A stretch of DNA of 64,000 nucleotides from Stylophora pistillata (taxonomy: Eukaryota), in contig NW_019217912.1 of the NCBI RefSeq assembly GCF_002571385.2, forward strand, positions 381,380 through 445,379, in the 5' to 3' direction. A model generated the notes under the pieces. It searched no databases. It was not told where the DNA came from and was given only the letters and a program-made list of their open reading frames with translations. Numbering within the stretch: the first letter of the stretch is position 1; every line of letters begins with the position of its first letter. The position numbers and the translations under genes are program-made. Below are positions 23,925 to 36,855 of the stretch, piece after piece.

Positions 23925-26900
23925 TTATTTGTCTCGAGGTTTGGAAGATTTTTCTTTATTATTCTTTTTGTCTGGAACAGAAGATTTCTTCAAAGCAGCA
24001 AGACCAGGTTGCATGTTGAACTGGAAATAAAATGAATTAAAATGATGCACGTCACATAACAATAGTAAATACTGATGCATCTGATGTGATGGTCATTCAT
24101 AGGTGAGAAAAGTTTGATATCACGAAAGTGAACATCCCCAACTTTCACGCCGCAAAGCAGCCGGATAGAGAAGATAGATACATAGGAAATATCAGTTAAT
24201 CAACGTATAAATCGCAGCCAGAGACCGTATTGCGTTACACAATACGGGTACAAAAGCTATGACGTTGAATAAAAACTTTAAATGTGCTTAAAAAAGCTAT
24301 AAGGGTATGGTACTATCGATATACAGAAAAAATTATATAGGTTGATAGTTTCTAAAGAAACTGTTTGGGGCTGCGTCGGTGGGGGTAAAGATATATCATC
24401 AAAGTTGAAATGGTAAATTGGCCACCGTATCGATTACAAAAGCTGACGTTTCGAGCGTTAGCCCTTCGTCGGAGCGAATAGAGGAATTGTGGGTTGTGTG
24501 TACTTTAAAAGGCAGAAAATGGAACTACGTTATTGGTGGGAACATGGCAACGAGAAAAACACGAATAAATTAGTGGAATGAAAAGCGTTCCTTGATCCCT
24601 GTGGGATTTAGACTGCCGGTTTGAAAGATGAGCTTTTGTTCAAGAGTTTTACGGCTTTCCGTGCTACCTAAGTGTAAGGAAAGATAGCAGATTACCTTAT
24701 GTTGCTTAGAATGGTTAGGTAAATTAAAGTGTCTACCGACTGGTTTCGATGTGTCCTTGTCATTCTTTTCCACGTCGCGAAGGTGCTCTCGGAATCGGTC
24801 ACCTAGTCTAACCGATTCCGAGAACACTTTATGACTACTTAAAACAGAAACCATCAAGGATCCGAATAAAATCTTATAGAGAGATCCAGTGGCCATCTTT
24901 AAGTGTTTACCAGGAGGCTAACAAGAAAGCTAACTATTCCCAGCCCTGTAGGTTTTAAATTTGATATCGAAAGTTGTTGCATGGCTGAGAATGTACAGGG
25001 AGAACCTGTCTGAAAGGCTTCATCTTTGCACGTTGCTTTTTTACAAGTCTTTGCTTGCCAAGAATGTTATAAAAATCCGTTTCCAGTAGAAAGTTCTAGC
25101 TCGAGTTGACATAGGTTTACTAAGCTGTAATAAAGTTAAGGTATGCGCCTCTTTCTTACAGTACGCGACTCCATCATTTCTCCTCCAGGGACTTGGAAAA
25201 ATGATGCCATCTCCTTCTGGGGCACCATAGGAAGTTGCGATCCCTCAGATTCCGTTCCTTCTTGGGAAAACATGGCTGATGGTTGTGGCTCAGGAACACC
25301 AAAGCTAGAAGGATTAAAACCTGCAAATTGCTCTGTAGAACAAAAAAGATCCGCAGGTACGATCAAGGGGTTAAATAAGTCAAATATCTTTTCAATGAAT
25401 TTGAAACACTATCGGCTCAAAAATAAAATTGTGAGTCACAAGAACAAAAAATAGTAATACAAGTGATACTTATGATAATAGTAAGGACGATGATATTTAC
25501 AATAACAATGATAATGGCAACAATAATGATGATGATGATGTTAACGATAATAATGACACGGAAAACCGAATGAGGCGTGAATTTGTAAAGTGGTTACTTA
25601 TAATATTCTAAAATTGTCCCTGTTTGTAACTTGGTTGTGGTTTTGGCAGTAATTAACTGGCTGATTCTAAGTTACTTTAAATTTCTGCACAGATGTTTAA
25701 TAAAAATAAACTGAGTCAGTGACCTCAAACATGCAATAGTTTAACTTTGGTTCTTGTTCATTTGATCATTATTGTGTTATCTAGATTGCTGGAGTTGCAT
25801 GTCACTCTGATGTTTGCTTTCTAAAACATTAAAAGCAAAACTCGATCATTTTATATAAGTATAACAAGGGAAGGTGTGGACGACAGAGTCTTCAGTTAAA
25901 AAGAATATTTCAGTACCTCCGCTCATTTGCTGTGTTTCTGGTATCATGGGCTCTGGTCGTCTCTCTGGAAGTTGAGAAAGGCCTGTGCCAATCACAGAGA
26001 AAAACTAAATTAGCCTTAATTATTTGTGGTGTAACTCAGTTAAATAGCTCAAGTTGCTTTACCTTCCGCTTACAAGTTTCTCTAAAACTTTTCCGTTTAT
26101 GCGAGAGTTGAGAGGTAACAAATCTTAACGATCATACGCGTGGTTAGTCATCAAAGAGGGATAGATATGTAAGACGTACTATAGCTTTACACCAGCTTTA
26201 GATACCAATGCTGGCAATAAGCAATATACTCAAAAACTTGAACCAATTTCCACTTGCTAAAACATAACAAAATATCTCAACCAAATGATAAAAATAAAAA
26301 ATCTTAGTTTTTAAGATACTGGTAACGGTATACATTTGATTGACGTCTTGTCACCCATACCTGGCATTTCTGACATTTGTTCTCTCATTAAAGCACTTGG
26401 CATTTCTGACACGGGCTCTCTCATTGAAGAGCTTGGAGTCCAGGGACCGTTTGGTGTACCACTGAAAAAATTTGCACTCTGAAATCGAGGTACCTTGAAG
26501 AAAGGGTTATTTTGGGGTGATGGGAAACCGCTGAAGGGTGATAATGGAATTGGCATACGATCCGTCTGTAAGCCGGCCATTCTCAATGCCGAAAGTCCGG
26601 TAGGAGCCATCCTGGAACGAAGAGCTGGCATCATGGATGACTTAAAACTCAATTGTTGTTGAGGCTGTGCAAATGGCAATGACGGAAAAGCAGCACCTGA
26701 AAACGGTGATTCCGGTAAACCGAACGATGGTAAACCTCCAGAGGAAAGCGCTTGAGGCATAGCCGCCAAAAATTGTCGTTTTGTGGTTTTATCCTTCTTC
26801 TTCGAAGACTTTTTTGATGGTGATCGTTTCTTCCTTGAAGCCATCCCTGTCAAGAGATGAAAACTTCGAATCGGTTCATCAATAAAGTTCTTAGTCTCTT

Positions 26901-29900
26901 CCCATTCAACTCTTGGTGTCTACCCTTCGGCTAGACATTCACTGAGTCCGTTGGCTTATTATGTCATGATCAAACGAAGACGATTCTGTTCTGGTAACTT
27001 GGTGTTGAATATAACCATCCATATGTATTTAACTTACCTACTATTCCCATTCCAGGCTGTGCAGCAATTGGAATGCTGATACCAGTAACACTTGACAGTT
27101 GTCGAGAAAAGGCCATTTGAGATGGCGTCAAAGAAGAGCGCATCTGAGGAACTCTAGGGGCTGGGAAACCCGATGGAGACATTCCTATAGCAGGTGATGA
27201 CATTGCAGGAAGGCCAGAGCGACTCATGGCCCTGATGTCGAACGGTTGTGATGGTTGTAAAGACGGAAACATCCTGAGGAATGAGGTACTAAAAATTAAT
27301 ACTAGGAAGACTGTTTTCCTTTCCAAAGAGGTACTTTGAATAACATAATGATTCAAGGAACTTTTTGAAGCTGCATTTAATTGTTATCTGTGATAAACTG
27401 TAAGTTCTTCAGATATTGCACCAACTATTCCAAAGAGCTTTTGAAGAAAGGGATAGAAAGTTTCACGTAAAAGTAATAATTCATTAACAACCAGTATCAT
27501 TCAGTAACTCTTCTTCAGTAAACGATAAATATCAAAAGTCTCTGATATATGCAGGCGGTTCATCAAAATAAGCTGTAAGCTTCATTTACACTGAATTTAT
27601 TTGTACAACCACCAAAGACCTCTTTCGAAATTCTGGTTTTTACATGTTCGAACTCTGATTTGTAAGCTTACAGGTATTTGTCTACAAAATTATAGCACAT
27701 GAAAAATCATGACAGAAGTATGTCACATTTTAGCCTGTACCTTTCGTTTGTGTCAAAATGAATTTTTTAAATTCTTTTAAACATTAATGAATCATTAAAT
27801 CATTAGATGACTGATGTATGTATCGAATGTTTCATTGGCTGATTGACTGTATGACTGAGAGATGACCGATGAGTTTTTGTGATTGGTAATTTCCTAATTC
27901 TTGATTCTAGCTCACAAAGGGTGTCAAAATCGACCGACAGGTTTGGTTTAAGGCGTGAGATAAAGTAACTTACCTTGCTCCTGTGAGGCCTGGCTGCGCA
28001 TTGGATGCTGGGTATCTATAATGAAAGGGTCGAAGTCAGGAACAATTCAAAACTGATGAAATACTTTTGATTCAAATAATGGTGCAGCTTGAAGATAACG
28101 TCATTTGAATGCATCTGTGGCTATCGATAGTTCGTAAGTTTTTTTAACATTAGAAGACCTCAATCATACAAACTGTACTCCGCGCCTTCGCAGACACATT
28201 CATTTTCTGATGCAAAAACTCGGCCAAATTCAAATTGGTCATTTTTAATTTATATCTTCGTCTATGCTGAGCGATTTGTGATATGACAAAAAAAAAAGCC
28301 AACATGGAGTAAATAAATGTAGTTTTTCATATCAAGTGTTCTGAAGCATACAGTTTCACTGCCACGGTACACTGAAGTACACTTATTTCGTAACTTATGT
28401 CACAAGTGGCCAATCGTTGTTTCAACTTTATCTAAGGCCTATCTCATTCAATTGGGAAATATTTAATGCAGAATGCTATCTTGCATCATTGTTTAATAAT
28501 GCTATCATTGTATTGATCAGTTCAATTTGCACCAGTCTTTGACTCAAAAAAAGCACACGTTCACTGCGAGAATGGAAGGACGCATATAGTCTATTAGCTC
28601 GGCGTAGGGGAAGGTAGCTGCTTGACTTTTATGGGCATTCAGGACAAGTAAGCCGTACGGAATGGCAGGTTGATTATAGGAGTAATGAGAAGTGCAAGTT
28701 TACTTGGCTATTTATAGACTTTGTAAAGGTTTTCGACTCAGAACGGCATGCGACATTCCTTTTCTCGCAATGAACATAATGGGTCAAAAGGTATTGCTAA
28801 TTATTTAACATTATGTCGTCCGAATTTTTCAAGCGTGCCGAACACATGCCTTTAATCGAAAACTTTTACGTGGTGCTCTTTAGAAAAATATCAGACTTAA
28901 AGGCATTTCAAAAGTATTTAATTTTGCTACAAAATTACATGAACGTGAATCATGCAACAAACTCCTGACGACTCATAAAAAATTGTATCTTGGTTTACTT
29001 TACTATTGGGTTATGTATTGGCAACATTTCCTCAACTGCTTATCTGTCATTTGCTTCTTTTTCGACGACACAGTTCATTGGATTCGTCATCAAATTGAGA
29101 ACTACTTATATGTAATTTTAGTTGAGGACCTAAGAGGTTGGAATCCCATTGGTCGGCTCATGACTGGAGATATGAACGGCGATATCTGCCTTTTCATCAC
29201 TTTCTTCCCATGAGATGATTGGTGACGTCTGCTCTTAGATTTTAACTTTGTCGAGAACTCTCCAACCAATTGTTTCAGCTTCCCTCTTTTCTAAAAGTAA
29301 AGGCGCAAAAGAATAGTGATCTTCAACTTTGAAACTCACATACATTTTTCTTTACTGAGATATAGAAAAGTTTTGACAAAGGTAGAATTAGCTATCAAAA
29401 ATTCATTGTTTTGTGGTCCTTTAGCTTTATCTTGCTCAAAAATGATTCGCAATCATCGCATTACTGGCTCAGATGTAGATACTGAATAAATGGCAAGCAA
29501 ATCAGACTACTGTATCATATACGAATGCTACAGCTTACCACTTTCTCGGGACTGGAAGCGACATGCTCACGCGTCGTGTGGACATCGACATTAACATTAG
29601 GTGCTCCAACATGGATGGAGTGAGAGGGACGATCGCGGAATGGTAATTCTTGTGCTTGTGGAATAAGACCAGCATGGGCCGCGGGATAAAGCGACGCATA
29701 AGTACTGGCCAATGGATATGTGGAAGGGTAAGCCATTACGTGTTGGGGCTAAATATGAAATATACATATAGAAAACGAGCCATGTCTTAATGCTAGCATA
29801 CTCAGTAAGAGGAGCAGCAGATTTTTTCCATAGTCCCGAAGGCCCATGGAGCATATGTGGAAAGTATTCAAATATATAACTTATAAGTTAAGGTCTTTCA

Positions 29901-32900
29901 TAAAGTGTACTCTACTTTTTTTAACGCATTGTTTTAATTCAGCAGCTATACGAAAGAAATCCTATAGAAAAATTATTGCTGTCGCCTGCTATGAGGCCAA
30001 AGATCAAAATTTATGAACTATAAAGAAGTGAAAGAGTCCATAATGGGATTTTAATGAATGAGAAAAAAAAATGGTTATGTTCATGGGGTGATTTATCACA
30101 CATCCTTCATGAATTAATCAAACATTGACTGTGAGGATTTAAAGAAAGTAATAATAAGTCATAAAAGGCGTGTCTTACATAATTAAGTGGGGTGTAATGG
30201 TAGTATGGATTGACTCCATGAGCCATCATGTATCCTGGGTAGAGGTAGTGGAATGGATATGCCACAGCCTGCTTCTTGATTAGCTCTTTCGCCATCTCAC
30301 CAGGAATATCGGCTCTTCTAGAGGCTGCTTCTGTGGTTTGCTCCTCCGCTTCGGCAGGATACATGTTTGGATTTCCTTAATGAAGCATAATTCAAAAAGT
30401 TTTCAGAAGGAAGTTAATCTTCACTGTCATTCTCAAAATGTGTATCACGTAACCACAGTCGCACTATTCTTCTTATGCTAGCTCACCTGTTTCTCCAAAG
30501 GCTTCCATGGGTGATTCGCCCTCATTTGATGGACTCGCGCTGAAAGTAGACATCAAATCTTCGGACGGTTGCTGTTGGCCTTCCTGTGGCTGCCCCATGC
30601 TGCCCATTGCAGCTGCTCTGAGGGCATTTGCTCCTTCGTCAGGACTCATACCAGCCAAACTTTCAGTTGTCTCCGCTGGTTCGGGTGACGAGTGTTCTCC
30701 ATTAGCTTCCATTTCCTGATCATTAAAACCTTGGACTCCTGGGCTATTTGATAATCCCATAGGTGTTTGAAGTTTCTCAATTCCTGGAAATCCCATAGCC
30801 AAGCTCTGCATTTCTGAGTTTAGCAGGTCGGCGCCCTCCAGATGAGGACGTGTTCGTGGATCTTCTTTACTATCGCTACTCTCCTCCTCTCCTGGATTTT
30901 CTATTTCTTGTCTAGACTTTCCTTTTTCTTCTTTTAGAGCCTGCTTCTTGGGAGTTTTTGATCGTGTCCAGCATGGGCAGCCACAGCCACAGTGACGGAA
31001 ATGACATGGAAGAGGCCAGGTCCACCCACCAATATAACCACAACCGGGATGTACACATCCCCCCCATCCACAGCAGCCTGGATTGTAGTTTATCACTTGC
31101 CTACTCTGAGAATTTTCATCCAAAGAGCCAGGAATGCCTGATCTATAGTAAGGACCAAATGCCCCATGAGGAGGACCATACGGTCCGTAAAAGCCTGCAC
31201 CATACAGGCCATACGAATGAGCACCTAACAAAGGAAAGGCGGCCTGGTAACCGTGACCTGGGTACAGTGCTCCTCCCCATCCCATTCGACCTGGATGAAA
31301 ATTATTTACAAAGTGTCTGCCAGTGGCTTTCTCTTCCTTTTTTAGTTCTTTTTCTATTTTTTTAGATTTTCCATTTGGAATATTTGACTTAAAAAACCCA
31401 TGGTCTCCAGGGAAGCCATATCCTAAGGCCGGAGTCGGGCCAAACCCGTAAAATGGTGTTAAATCCCCATATAGTGCAAAAGGATAAGGAATGTACTGAC
31501 TATGACCAAAAAAGGGATATTCGTAATCCGTAAATGGTCCATAGCCTGACCAGGAAAAGTCAATCCCTGCAAATGGTTCATGTATGAATTCTCGCTTTGG
31601 GCTCTTCTTTTCTTTATCGTCTGTACTAGGAACTTCTGAGCGAAAAGCAAGACCGTGTCTAATTCCTAGACCATACCCATACCCATGACCCCAGAAGCCG
31701 CCTAATGGTCCCCATCCTGGGTAACCACCGTTTCCCGGTCCCCAACCTCCCCAACCACCCATGTAGCCAGGCCACCAACGTTTTTCTGCTTTATCTTTCT
31801 TGCTTTGCTTTCCGGGGATCTCTGCTCTCAGAAGAGGATGATAGCTTTGGCCAGAACCCAACATGCCCCATCCATGACCGAAACCTCCAAAATCATAGCC
31901 ACGCCCCCAGTCGCCTAAAGCACCCCAGCCCGGATATCCTTCATTTCCTAATCCCCATCCACCCCAACCTGCCATGTATCCCGGCCACCATCTCTTGTTA
32001 GCTTCAGTGTGTTTCACGGAGGATCTGGTTTGTCCTTCTGATGATTTCTCAGAGATGTTGGAACGGTAGTATCCCTGGCCCCAGGGAATAGGTGTGGGCG
32101 TAAATGGCACTGCAGCAAACCCTAAAGACGGATAAGCATAACCATAAGCTGGAAAGGCAAATGTCGGTAGCATGCGACGATTTAAGAGTGCTTTTTGCGC
32201 TGGCTTTTTAGGACTTTTTTTGGAAATGTGAGACTTGTGCCATCCTCCAAGTGACGGATACCCAGTCCATCCTGCATGACGGGATGGATGTCCTCCCCAG
32301 TGAAATCCCGGCCACTGTGAGACAGTACCCCAAGGGTGGCCATGGTGGTAGGGCCCGAGGTGGTAAGCATCTATTACTTGCTTTTTCTTTCCCTTGTTTT
32401 CTTTGTGGTCTTTTGAAACCAATAAGGGAAATAAAGGCATGGGTTAATTATCAATTAATCATAGTAATTACTTATAATATAACCAACTTTCCCCTCGAAT
32501 GCCGTCAGTTCACTGATTGGATTTAATAAGTGAATTGATGAAATGTACTAAATATCACTATTTCCTCGGAGTAGGCCGCCTAAGCATATCGTTAAGTGAC
32601 ATTCTCTCAGAGAGCCTCGAGACTGATCCAGTAATACGAGAAACCACTGAACCAATTAATCCAACCTGACTTCTTTAAAACAGCCACCCTTTCATGTCAA
32701 CATGATTTTACATCGTGCGACACTTCAAACTGGTGGCATTTATGTTAATTTTTTCCATGGATATTCCTCTTGCTTGTATGATTGTCTTCAGCTTGTCAAA
32801 GATACTTCCAAAATAAAAGAAATTGGGTTTATGTTTGTTTTAAATCTGGTACCCCTGTCCTTTACAAGAAGGTCGGGTGATCCGTCGCTTTTTTTTTAGT

Positions 32901-33546
32901 GCTACATTGCCCATAGCTAAGTTTACGAATGCAACTGTTTTACCACAAGAGGTTCACAACATCGCTTACGGCTATGATCTTTTAAGGCTGAAAAATGGAT
33001 TAAACCATTTAAGTTTGAAGTAGCTTGAAAGCTAGTAATATCTATTGCTCAATGGAAACATTGTCTTCAATCATAGAAAGGAACGTGCTGATATTAATTA
33101 AGCTGAGATGCACCAAATGAAATCTGGAATGAAATTTAAAAAAATGCCTTTAGAGATCAAAGCAATAATCCATCATTGTTATTATTGTTATTATTTAGTC
33201 TTAGAATGAAAATATTTAATCTCAAATGGTATAAATTACTGCAAAAGACGCTCCTCTTTGTCACCCTGATATACGTGAGAATAACAAACAATTTTTAACT
33301 TAAATTACGGAACGAGAAACATATTTTCATATTGCACTGCGCAATATACAATCCTATACTTGTCGTACCTTTGCCTTGCCCTCCACTGTTTGCCTTTGAT
33401 CTTTTCAACAGATCGCTTTCTTCAAATTTTTTTTGATTTTCTACTGTGGCCGTATCTTCCAAAATGTTTGGTCTTCCTCTAATTCCACCGATGTAAACGC
33501 AAAGGAATGCAATAAACAACAGCACTTTCGACGCCAAGGCTGTCAT
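23925..33546 (-). CDS. Large secreted modular polyprotein precursor (~1260 aa), Gly/Tyr/Trp/Pro/His-rich then Met/Pro/Ser-rich; exons 33546-33369, 32409-30487, 30375-30179, 29748-29539, 29290-~29106, 28015-27974, 27273-27038, 26846-26361, 25982-25917, 25332-25160, 24020-23925
   Basis: Signal peptide MTALASKVLLFIAFLCVYIGGIRG; the 655-aa ORF and the smaller minus-strand ORFs join with compatible intron phases at GT-AG sites. The exon 5 donor is uncertain (29106 or 29130, both phase 2). Last exon FNMQPGLAALKKSSVPDKKNNKEKSSKPRDK*. Confidence 0.75.
24310..24812 (-). mobile_element. Penelope-like element 3' fragment: GIY-YIG C-terminus plus terminal repeat with hammerhead motif (24442-24475)
   Basis: RLGDRFREHLRDVEKNDKDTSKPVGRHFNLPNHS..STESRKTLEQKLIFQTGSLNPTGIKERFSF; shares ~180 bp with 8671-8848. 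Confidence 0.85.
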
Positions 33547-35018
33547 TATGATCGCAAACTTCCCCTAGAGGCTTCCAATTTGAAATTGAAGGCCACGATG
33601 AAGAAGCTTCTTCAAACACTCTCGATTTCAGGACTTTCTTGGTGAGCGTAGAATATCCAATAAGTTTACCAATTTAACGTGGCAATAGGCCTCGTTGGTT
33701 CAATAAAAAATTAGCGCCTCGGCTATTGGTTGGTTTTCCACCAGCGCAGGTCCACTGCAAAACTTGACTTGTTAACTAAGAGAATTTTTGATCTGTTTTG
33801 AATAAATTATTAATTCGTTATGGCTACTGTCAAAATAACTATTAGCGGTTCTTTTGTTGAAAGGAAAACAACTATGGCGGATGAATTATTTTGTCTCAGA
33901 CCGTTTCGTATTCAACAACAATTAAATTTTAAAGTAGTTTTAAGGTTTCCTCAACTGCTTCATCTACCAATATGGTGGGTTTTCAAACAAGTGTGGATCA
34001 GGTTAGATAAGTCTGACTCTTTTATTAGGGCAAATTTTGAAATAAATGATTAACACAATTAGTCTGAGGGTTCTGAAGAATAGAAATGAAAGGATAATTG
34101 AACTAAAACTTTATACTTTGACACTTAATAGCTTGTGGAGTTTGCATAGTAATTCAAAAAATCACTCTGGACTGTTATAACTTCACAGTGATCAATTTAT
34201 ATAGCAATTTTACCATTCTCTCCTGGTTTATGGACATTAGCCTGAGTAACCTCTTTAATAAGGTCATTATCGCCAATTTATAACTCACCCAACCAGTACG
34301 TAGAGCTTCTTTCTTGCTCTTTTGAAGCGTATCGGAAATATTGGTCATTTTATTGTGAGAAGAGCCGTATTCTTAAAAAAGCCTGGCAAACTTAGCTGAT
34401 AGTTAGCAGAGGGGATGGTTAGCTTAAAGATCGACTTTAGGGGCTATTTACTATTCAAAGAAATTAATTCCCATTTGCCGAAACTTCGGGAAAATTATGT
34501 TCCAGTGTAGTTTAGAAGAGATCCAATAGCTATCTTTCATACAATACCTCATTCAATGAAACGGGTCGGTACTGTGAACAGCTTAAAGCTGTTTGTACAG
34601 GGTATTCTTTCATTAAACATACAAACAAAAGAAAACTGACTTTTTCTACGGGCAAACTTATTAGAGTTAACGAATATTTAATCTCTGAAATAACAAAAAG
34701 AAAAAAACAAAACAGAGGTAGGAGTTATTTGAGTTTTACGATCGGCTAACCCTGTAGAACACGATTTCTACACAAATTTATACAGTACCACCAACAAAAG
34801 AGTTTTTGTTTAGGACGATATCGGAAACATTAGCAATCTTTTAATTCTGATACTAACAGGTCTAAAATCGAGCAATTGATAGGGCTCTGCAGGTGCCATT
34901 TCACGCCATTTGAACAAATTTTACAATGACATAACATTACGTGCTTTACGTAATCGCAAATAGACAAAAAAATTGCCGAAACAAAATATTTTTCACTTTA
35001 AGACAGAAGAAAGTAAAC

Positions 35019-36855
35019 ATGAAACTTTTGCTACTAATTACTGTTTTATTATCCCTGTTAGACTTGACACCGGGCAAGCCATTCAAAGAACGCGAAGGCG
35101 AAGGTAGTTTCATTTCCGACAATAAATCCAACGTTGACGATGAGTTGGAGACATCTGTCGTAGATGGCGATGACGAAGACGAAGAAGACGGAAGTACCAC
35201 TGAAGACCCAAGAATGAGGCAGAAGAGAAGTGATAATACGGAGCTCGAAAATGACGAAAGAAGTGGTGATTTCAGTGGAGATGACTTAGAAACTGAAGAA
35301 AAAGAAGGACAGACTAGCAAAGAAGACAAATCCTTGCTAAAAAGTGACCGTCCAAAGGGTAAAAGCGAGACAGACCTGCAGATGCAAAATACATTGGGAA
35401 TCCAACAACCTTTCACTATCACTGCAATGCAACCAGGAAAGCCTCAGGACCCATCTCAGAATGTGAAAACTCCCGAGCCGTTTTCTTTGAATTTCGCCGG
35501 TCCTGCTGGGAAAATAGAGATAACCCCATTTGAGCCTGCCATCAACAGAATGAATAAAGTCAGAAGGCGATGTATGTGTCCATTACCTTGTGGACCAGCG
35601 CACGCATATGAAGTGATTGGCTGCAGCGGACCTTACAGCATTCCTTGTGGTGGATGCATTGGTGGTGGTTGGCCCGGTCTTGGATGTGGAGGCTTCGGCG
35701 GTTACGGTGGCCCTGGTGGTTTTTATGACATGATACCTCATCCAGGATGGGGTGGCTACCCCTTATACGGTGGATATGGATTTGGGTGTGGAGGGTGTGG
35801 GGGCTGCGGTGGTTGCGGTGGTTGCAATGGATGTGGCTGGGGAGGAGGAGGCTGTGGACATCCACCAATCGTGATGTGCTGTAAGTGCTGCTTTTAATTT
35901 TTTAAGAAATGATCGATGATAGATAAGAATAAATAACTTGATTAAGAGTTAAATGATACCGAGGCATGAAGACGGTAATAAGAAGTTTCATTCATGACAA
36001 AATGGCTAAAGGAAACATGTGATGTTCACCATGAAACACTTGTTTCAACATAAAAACAAAAACAACAAGAAAAGTAAAAGAAACAAACAAACGAGACCAT
36101 AACGACCATAAGGGGAAAGAATCCAGAAAACTGTCAAATTCTTTTCTTATACGGTACAGAGAGATATCCTTTACGTAGGTAGAGAGAACCATAATTATGG
36201 TGGTTAACAACTTTTAATTACTTTACGCGACGTTACTTTAAACACAAAAACTATCTCCGCGCTACCTCATTTTTCTACTCAGTTCTAGATTTAGTATACA
36301 GCAAAGTATAGCAACATAAAAACGCAAACGAATCCGCGGGTCTTTCACTCAGGGGGCTTCTCTTGGGAGAGTCTTGTAACTGGAGGGTGGTACTTTTTTT
36401 TTTAATCGGTTGGGAGTGTACGATCAGAGAATTTTGCTTCAAAAACTTTTCAGTCTAGCTCTAACAATATTGGGACAATAATTCAAAAAACGACAGCGGA
36501 AATTTCGATCTTAAGTTTTATATTTCGCACAGTGTATAATTGATAGTGCAGTAGCTAGCCGACAACACAAAATAATACCATTCAATACACTCCTTTTGGC
36601 TTCTCTCAGCCACTTCTATTTTGCCAAAGTAAAAAGCTAACGAGGGCTTTTCTAACGAAGTCAACAAATGGATGGGGGGAAGACTTATGACAGGTGTTTT
36701 TGCCACTTCAAGCCTTTAATTTTTTACTATCATCAGGTTGTAAAAAGAATGGTAAAGAGGGGGAAGGGGAACAACCCAAACCTCAAAGAGACAACCGCAA
36801 TGTCTTTCCAGCCAAGCCACGTCATGTCAGAAAGGAGAAGCCCGGCCGTCCATGA
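35019..36855 (+). CDS. Secreted precursor (~326 aa): acidic propeptide plus Gly/Cys-rich mature region with (GCG)n; exons 35019-35880, 36737-36855
   Basis: Signal MKLLLLITVLLSLLDLTPG; D/E-rich pro region with RQKR; RRR-CMCPLPCG...GCGGCGGCGGCGGCNGC; donor T|GTAAGT at 35881 and acceptor CATCAG|GT give MCCCKKNGKEGEGEQPKP...GRP*. Confidence 0.8.
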
